Source of the DNA: Dudresnaya verticillata | Taxonomy: Eukaryota | Length of the DNA stretch: 64,000 nucleotides | Assembly: GCA_977862235.1 (NCBI GenBank) | Contig: OZ374562.1 | Span: 2,418,001-2,482,000 of the forward strand | Direction: 5' to 3' | Shown here: positions 58,601 through 64,000 of the stretch, in pieces | Numbering within the stretch: position 1 is the stretch's first letter | Layout: every line of letters starts with the position of its first letter | Translations under genes and position numbers: made by a program | The notes under the pieces: generated by a model | What the model saw: only the letters and a program-made list of their open reading frames with translations | The model's database searches: none | What the model was told of the DNA's origin: nothing

Positions 58601-60050
58601 ATGGTGAATATTCCGCTCCCAACACATTGCCTTGTTGTTCAGTCTTCACGTTTGCAGACAAACCTAATGTAACAGCTACAGACTTGATTTGTTTTTATGT
58701 AAGAGGCCGGCAATGTAACAGACAATGCACACTCCACTTTTCATGAAGTGCATACATCGAGTGAAACTGTTTACGACCATTACCACACATCCTGGACGTT
58801 AGCAATTTTGGCGCTCTGTACGGATTCCTGACCACAAGGCAGGAGCGCATCATAACTGCTCTAGCGTTCTAGTATGGATCTAGCCGTTCAGCAGATCTAG
58901 CGCTGTCTCCGATGGCGCGGAAGACATAAGAGATTTCTCCGAGACACTACTGTATATTGAGTTTCCGAAGCGCATTCGAGAAAGGCCTTGCTGGGAACGG
59001 CGGCCGCATCGCGATGGTGCTGTGCTACGTATTTCGTTCCATGGCTATGCTTTTCTTCCGTCGTGGAGATAGCGTGGCTTACTTGTGACCTTGACTTTGA
59101 GTAGTTAACAGCTGGTGCATACAACACTTGAATGCAATGAGGGTATCGCCATGCAATGGTGCTAATTCAATTGCCAGTGTAGCAAACGGAAGCACACGCT
59201 TCACGGTCGCACTACACGAACGGCTGAGAACCGCGAACAACAGAGGTAGTGTTCAGACACTCCAGACCCTCCATTCGCACTATGACGGCTGCTTCCATAA
59301 CGGCATGTCACATTGTCTACATATTGAATGCGGTTGTGTGCCCTGTTGCGAAGATTCGAGTCCGCTTCCGCACTGCAGTTGTTCCATCCATCCAGAACCT
59401 ATATTTTATGTTAGCTATCTGTTATCCACATACTCAGCCCCAGACCCCAAACAGTATACCTCTATGTTGACAATACCTAGAGTCTGTAGTATAGCTATGC
59501 TTCTAGCTCTATACATAGAGTGTGCATGCCACGGAACTCGAACCGCTTTGTTAAATATTCTACGCTACAGCAGTAGCACTGAAACGGTTTCCGACCTCTT
59601 ATTCTGCCGAACAAGGTCGAGACTACTTTGCCCGCACACATGCGCAGTTGCAACAGTTTCAACACCTATCTTTTAATGCAATGCCAACATGGTGTTAGAC
59701 AAAGCGTTCTGCATCGAATGCGTCCTTCTGCATCTACAGGATGCAATCCTGCAAGCCGACGCTGCGAACTTTACCATCTACACATCCTTCAACTTTATTT
59801 TTCCAGTCATGACCGGCCGCAGTTCTCTCACGCAGTTCTCTCACACCGAATTGGTAGAACAAAGTTCCTTCCGTTCCGTACTTAAAGCCCTTAACGTCTC
59901 AATCGCAGTCCAAAATATTCCCACCCACCACACCCCCATCGCATCACATCTACCTGTTATTACAGGTACAAACGTAGTCAAAAGAACTGCACAGGTAGGT
60001 ACCCTGCCCCTTCATCAACTCTCCGTCGCCTACCAACTCAACAGCTCAAT

Positions 60051-60578
60051 ATGTTTACTCGATTTGTCCTTTTTGTGGCACTCGTGCTCCCGTATTTATG
60101 CTCTGCTGTCAGGTGCCCTCTCCGTGGTGTCTGTGTGCCGGATTATATTTGCCGTATCCAAGGCCGTCGGCCCTTGCACGGGAATTATTGTGGGCATCAG
60201 AGAGGCGTTGAATGCTGCCCCTACTTCAGGTACCGGTTTTGCTCTGTCGATCGAGGGCGTTTTCTCGACCGTGCACAAGGGGTTTGCCAACCTAGCTCTA
60301 CATGCCGCGGAAAAGGTGCATACTCCGTCGAGACGTCACAATGCAGTTCTGGTCACTTTATTACATGCTGTGTTGGCTCCTCCATACTGCCATATCTACC
60401 TGGCCCTTCCAGTGATCCACGGTATCCATACAGAAAGGCTGTTTCTGCGACTCGTACAGGGACGTCCAAGGGGTCAGTGAGAGCACTTACTACGGCCGCC
60501 ACGGAGACCACCACGAAGACTTTGGAAGACACCTCTGTGGGATTGGAAAGGCGTACCAAGGATACCATCCAGCACTAG
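60051..60578 (+). CDS. Secreted double 6-Cys module protein (copy 8)
   Basis: Translation identical to copy 1. Confidence 0.8.
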   Translation: MFTRFVLFVALVLPYLCSAVRCPLRGVCVPDYICRIQGRRPLHGNYCGHQRGVECCPYFRYRFCSVDRGRFLDRAQGVCQPSSTCRGKGAYSVETSQCSSGHFITCCVGSSILPYLPGPSSDPRYPYRKAVSATRTGTSKGSVRALTTAATETTTKTLEDTSVGLERRTKDTIQH

Positions 60579-63500
60579 AAGTGTACAGAGAGATCTCCTT
60601 TGCAGCCTACCAAAATGTCAAGGTTTCAGAAGGTACTGTTTGTGAGGCGGTTGAGAGTGAAGTCATAGAAGGTATGAATTTTGTATCGTCCATGTCTGTC
60701 AATGTTGGTAAGTATGTGGGCAGCATAGTGTGAAGATTTTTTGTTGTATCTTATCGCTTTTGGTCGTCGCTGTTATAGCTGTGGCTGCGAAGCAAGTGTG
60801 ATTATGTTGTTATGTTATTGTGGGATCCCAGTTATTGTTGGAGCCATCGAAAGTAGTTTAGCAGCACGAGAGGTTGAAGTAAATGTCGCCATGTAGATGC
60901 TTCTGTCAATACCCAATTCCATCGGTGTTCATAACAATCGGGCCTGAGAGCGCACAAATCGGTGCCTTTTTTTCGACGACCAAGTCTAAGGCAGGGAATG
61001 GGTGACATTAAACAATTATCTGCAAAAGTAGTTCGTGTCTCTCTAACAATGAGTTGGCTTGACTGAACAAAAGGGAACCCCGAAAGCATCTACTCCGTGT
61101 CTCCATACTTTGAAGACAACAGAAAGATCTATCCAGGCTTCAGGCTCCGGGCTGCCCCTCCGGGCTGTAGGAAGAGCCTGGTCATCAGGGAGAATTCAGT
61201 AATGTTCTCTATATTTTTCCTCATAGTTCGTTAGTGTTACAGTGCGTCGCCGTCTCAGTTAACAGGCGTAAGCTTGTTGACCGCCGTGTTAGAAACAGTG
61301 CATATTAAGTCCCCTTAAGGGGCTTACTCTCCAATTTGAGAATAAAGGGATGCTTGCTCATAGCGATGCTGCGGTATAGCAAGGCGTAAAGGAGATTGGC
61401 AACATAATTATACTTATTCAACAAATGCATTCATGATCATCACAACTTTATTGAAGCAAGACGAAGCTGCTTTGAACACTGAAATCCAGTGCTATCCCTT
61501 GCAGGAAATATTTCATATGAAAGAAGAGCAGCAGAAGTCCTGCCGCATAGCCACATGCATAATAAAACACTCCTAACCCTGCGGCCAACACGCTTACGCC
61601 TGCTATTTGTGTTGAATACTGTCTTACTACATCACTCGTGGACGACATCACTTGGTGTAATCGCACTAACCTCAGCAAGTGTTTATCCGCCAAGTTGCAT
61701 AAGTGGACGTGTTGAGAAAGAAAGTGAGCTGTGTAGCGTCAACCAATTTTGCGGATGAGGTAAGCAAACATTGAGGTGGATGCTGAATTCATCTTGTGTG
61801 ATTGTTAATCGTTTTGTTTAGATGTATTACTTGAGGTCTATGGTCTCCACACTCTATTAGGAACAGACCTGCCTTTAGCATGTCGTGGTTTAGCAATGAC
61901 TACGAAGCAGTACAAGTACTCTACCGGATCTCGGGTTTGATACCAGGACACTACGCTTTGAGAACAACTATCACCATATCCAACACCCACGAAGAAGAAA
62001 AAAGAACTGTTCTCAGCCTACATATACGTGTGACCTGCAGCTTTTGAACAGAACTGTAACAGCGGGCCTCTACATATAGCAATACAAAGTAAAGGATGGG
62101 TCTTAAACGAGAAACTAATATTGCTCTCCAGCTGCCTTAACGCAGTACGAAGCATTCTGTCCCCGCGCTGCAATAATCACTTCGATGACATTAATACCAC
62201 ATAAAGCATTGTCGGGGGATGGATTACATCCCTTAAGAGTAGGAAAACAACTTATTGAATCCGGAAAGGATAGGGTATCGTCTACAGTCGCAACACTCGT
62301 ACCTTTACAACCTTTTCTTCCGAGAGTTGAACGTATCGTTACATCAGGCTAATTCTGTTATTGTGAAATAGAACCAACCCCTTATGAATATGGGCATGTA
62401 GCAGACCGGGATAAAGATCTCGCGATATTTGCACCTTCGCGGATTCGGTCCAAAATGATTTGAAGGCACAGCAATCATAGCAATACTGTATGGACGTTTT
62501 CGTTGATGTCCTTCGCAGCGTGGCTTCGCACCAACTGCTCAAGCGTTTGATGTCTCGGTTGTAACTCCGCACTCTTCCTCTTCTCGTGCTCTGCCTCGAG
62601 CCCATCTTGCGATTCAATCTCGTGAAAAGGAAAAAGTCCGCCACTATCGTAGGCTCTGCGAAAACAACCATTTCCAGTCGATTTCGAACTACATCCCATG
62701 GCTATGGACATCTATGGCTCCATCGGCCATGGCTTTGATCGCGGTGCGCAACTGTACACAATCTGCTCTCAACACAATCTTGCGAGTATCGCAAGTGATG
62801 CTTGCGGGTGTAATGTGTAAGCCCCTCCCTTTTGTGTCATTATGGTCATCTTAAAGGGAGAAGCGTTTTATCCGGGTCCGAGTTGCTCACCGCAACAATC
62901 ACAGCCCGTTTCCCTTTCGTCCGGGCGTCTTCCTGAAGTATGAGAACATGAAACCATGCTGCATACGGACAAATTCTGTGGGTTACAACAGGGTCCGATC
63001 CATATAATTGTCGCCTGTGGAGAAAGAAAAAGGGCAAGCAATAAGGAATCCTAAAAGCAAAGGTAACACCCCGTGTGCAATAGAATGTATCTAGTAATAG
63101 AATACAATTCGACTATCTTGTCCGGTAAGCCCATTGCACTCTAAAGCAGTTGTGCAGTAGCTAGTGATACTTAACAAAACTTGCTTGGCTGCTATGGACC
63201 GAGTATAACTTCACTATAGGTTTTGTGAGGCAATAAGGGTAGCCCCGTTTTCATCCGTGGAAACGTTTGTCGAGCCCTGACGAGAAGTGCCATCGAATAC
63301 CTTAATATTTGTCGCTATGCTGCTGTTGTGCTATGCCTTCTCTTTCCACAGTACTGCAGTTCACAGTACAGTACCCAAATTCCCAATCCCGACTTTATAG
63401 TGCGCTTCATCGGCTCATCGTAGTCGAAGGTTCAAAGCTCCCTCAACCACACACGCCGAGTCGGGTTTCTAATCCACACAACAAGAACACATGGTGAATA

Positions 63501-64000
63501 TTCCGCTCCCAACACATTGCCTTGTTGTTCAGTCTTCACGTTTGCAGACAAACCTAATGTAACAGCTACAGACTTGATTTGTTTTTATGTAAGAGGCCGG
63601 CAATGTAACAGACAATGCACACTCCACTTTTCATGAAGTGCATACATCGAGTGAAACTGTTTACGACCATTACCACACATCCTGGACGTTAGCAATTTTG
63701 GCGCTCTGTACGGATTCCTGACCACAAGGCAGGAGCGCATCATAACGCGCTCTAGCGTTCTAGTATGGATCTAGCCGTTCAGCAGATCTAGCGCTGTCTC
63801 CGATGGCGCGGAAGACATAAGAGATTTCTCCGAGACACTACTGTATATTGAGTTTCCGAAGCGCATTCGAGAAAGGCCTTGCTGGGAACGGCGGCCGCAT
63901 CGCGATGGTGCTGTGCTACGTATTTCGTTCCATGGCTATGCTTTTCTTCCGTCGTGGAGATAGCGTGGCTTACTTGTGACCTTGACTTTGAGTAGTTAAC

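Larger units (their letters stand above)
22515..64000. repeat. Head-to-tail tandem array of a 4890-bp unit, about 8.5 copies in the window, running off the right edge
   Basis: All ORFs recur with a period of 4890 (4891 across the first indel). I noticed only two variant sites between units. Confidence 0.98.

Noticed and set aside
22515..64000. Tandem unit as rDNA, 5S, histone or snRNA array, or as an integrated virus/plasmid/transposon concatemer
   Set aside because: I recognised no rRNA, snRNA or histone sequence and no replicase, integrase, transposase or capsid ORF in the unit. A small ncRNA cannot be excluded without an Rfam search.

Overview
Eukaryotic genomic DNA: there are spliceosomal GT-AG introns and no operon structure. 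The intron-poor genes, GC-rich gene ends and expanded WD40/Sel1 paralogs suggest a red alga, but this is inference only. The window has three parts. (1) 1-632: the 5' part of an intron-containing, secreted multi-Kunitz (BPTI-type) protease inhibitor gene that the ORF track missed. (2) About 2.3-22.3 kb: a heavily rearranged cluster of one gene family. Its full-length member (8653-13515, minus strand, 1620 aa) has an N-terminal beta-rich domain that reads like a gasdermin-type pore-forming domain, about 6 Sel1-like repeats, a helical linker resembling the one before the WD40 repeats of NB-ARC/NACHT-WD40 proteins, and a near-identical WD40 array with hypervariable positions. No P-loop NTPase is visible. 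The cluster also contains a stand-alone N-domain ORF, a paralog lacking the N-domain, pseudogenes and two inverted duplications. (3) About 22.5 kb to the window end: roughly 8.5 almost identical 4890-bp tandem units, each with one gene for a secreted cationic protein with two beta-defensin-like 6-Cys modules. Together this looks like a candidate innate-immunity island. The gasdermin and defensin calls come from reading sequence patterns by eye and need profile or structure confirmation.
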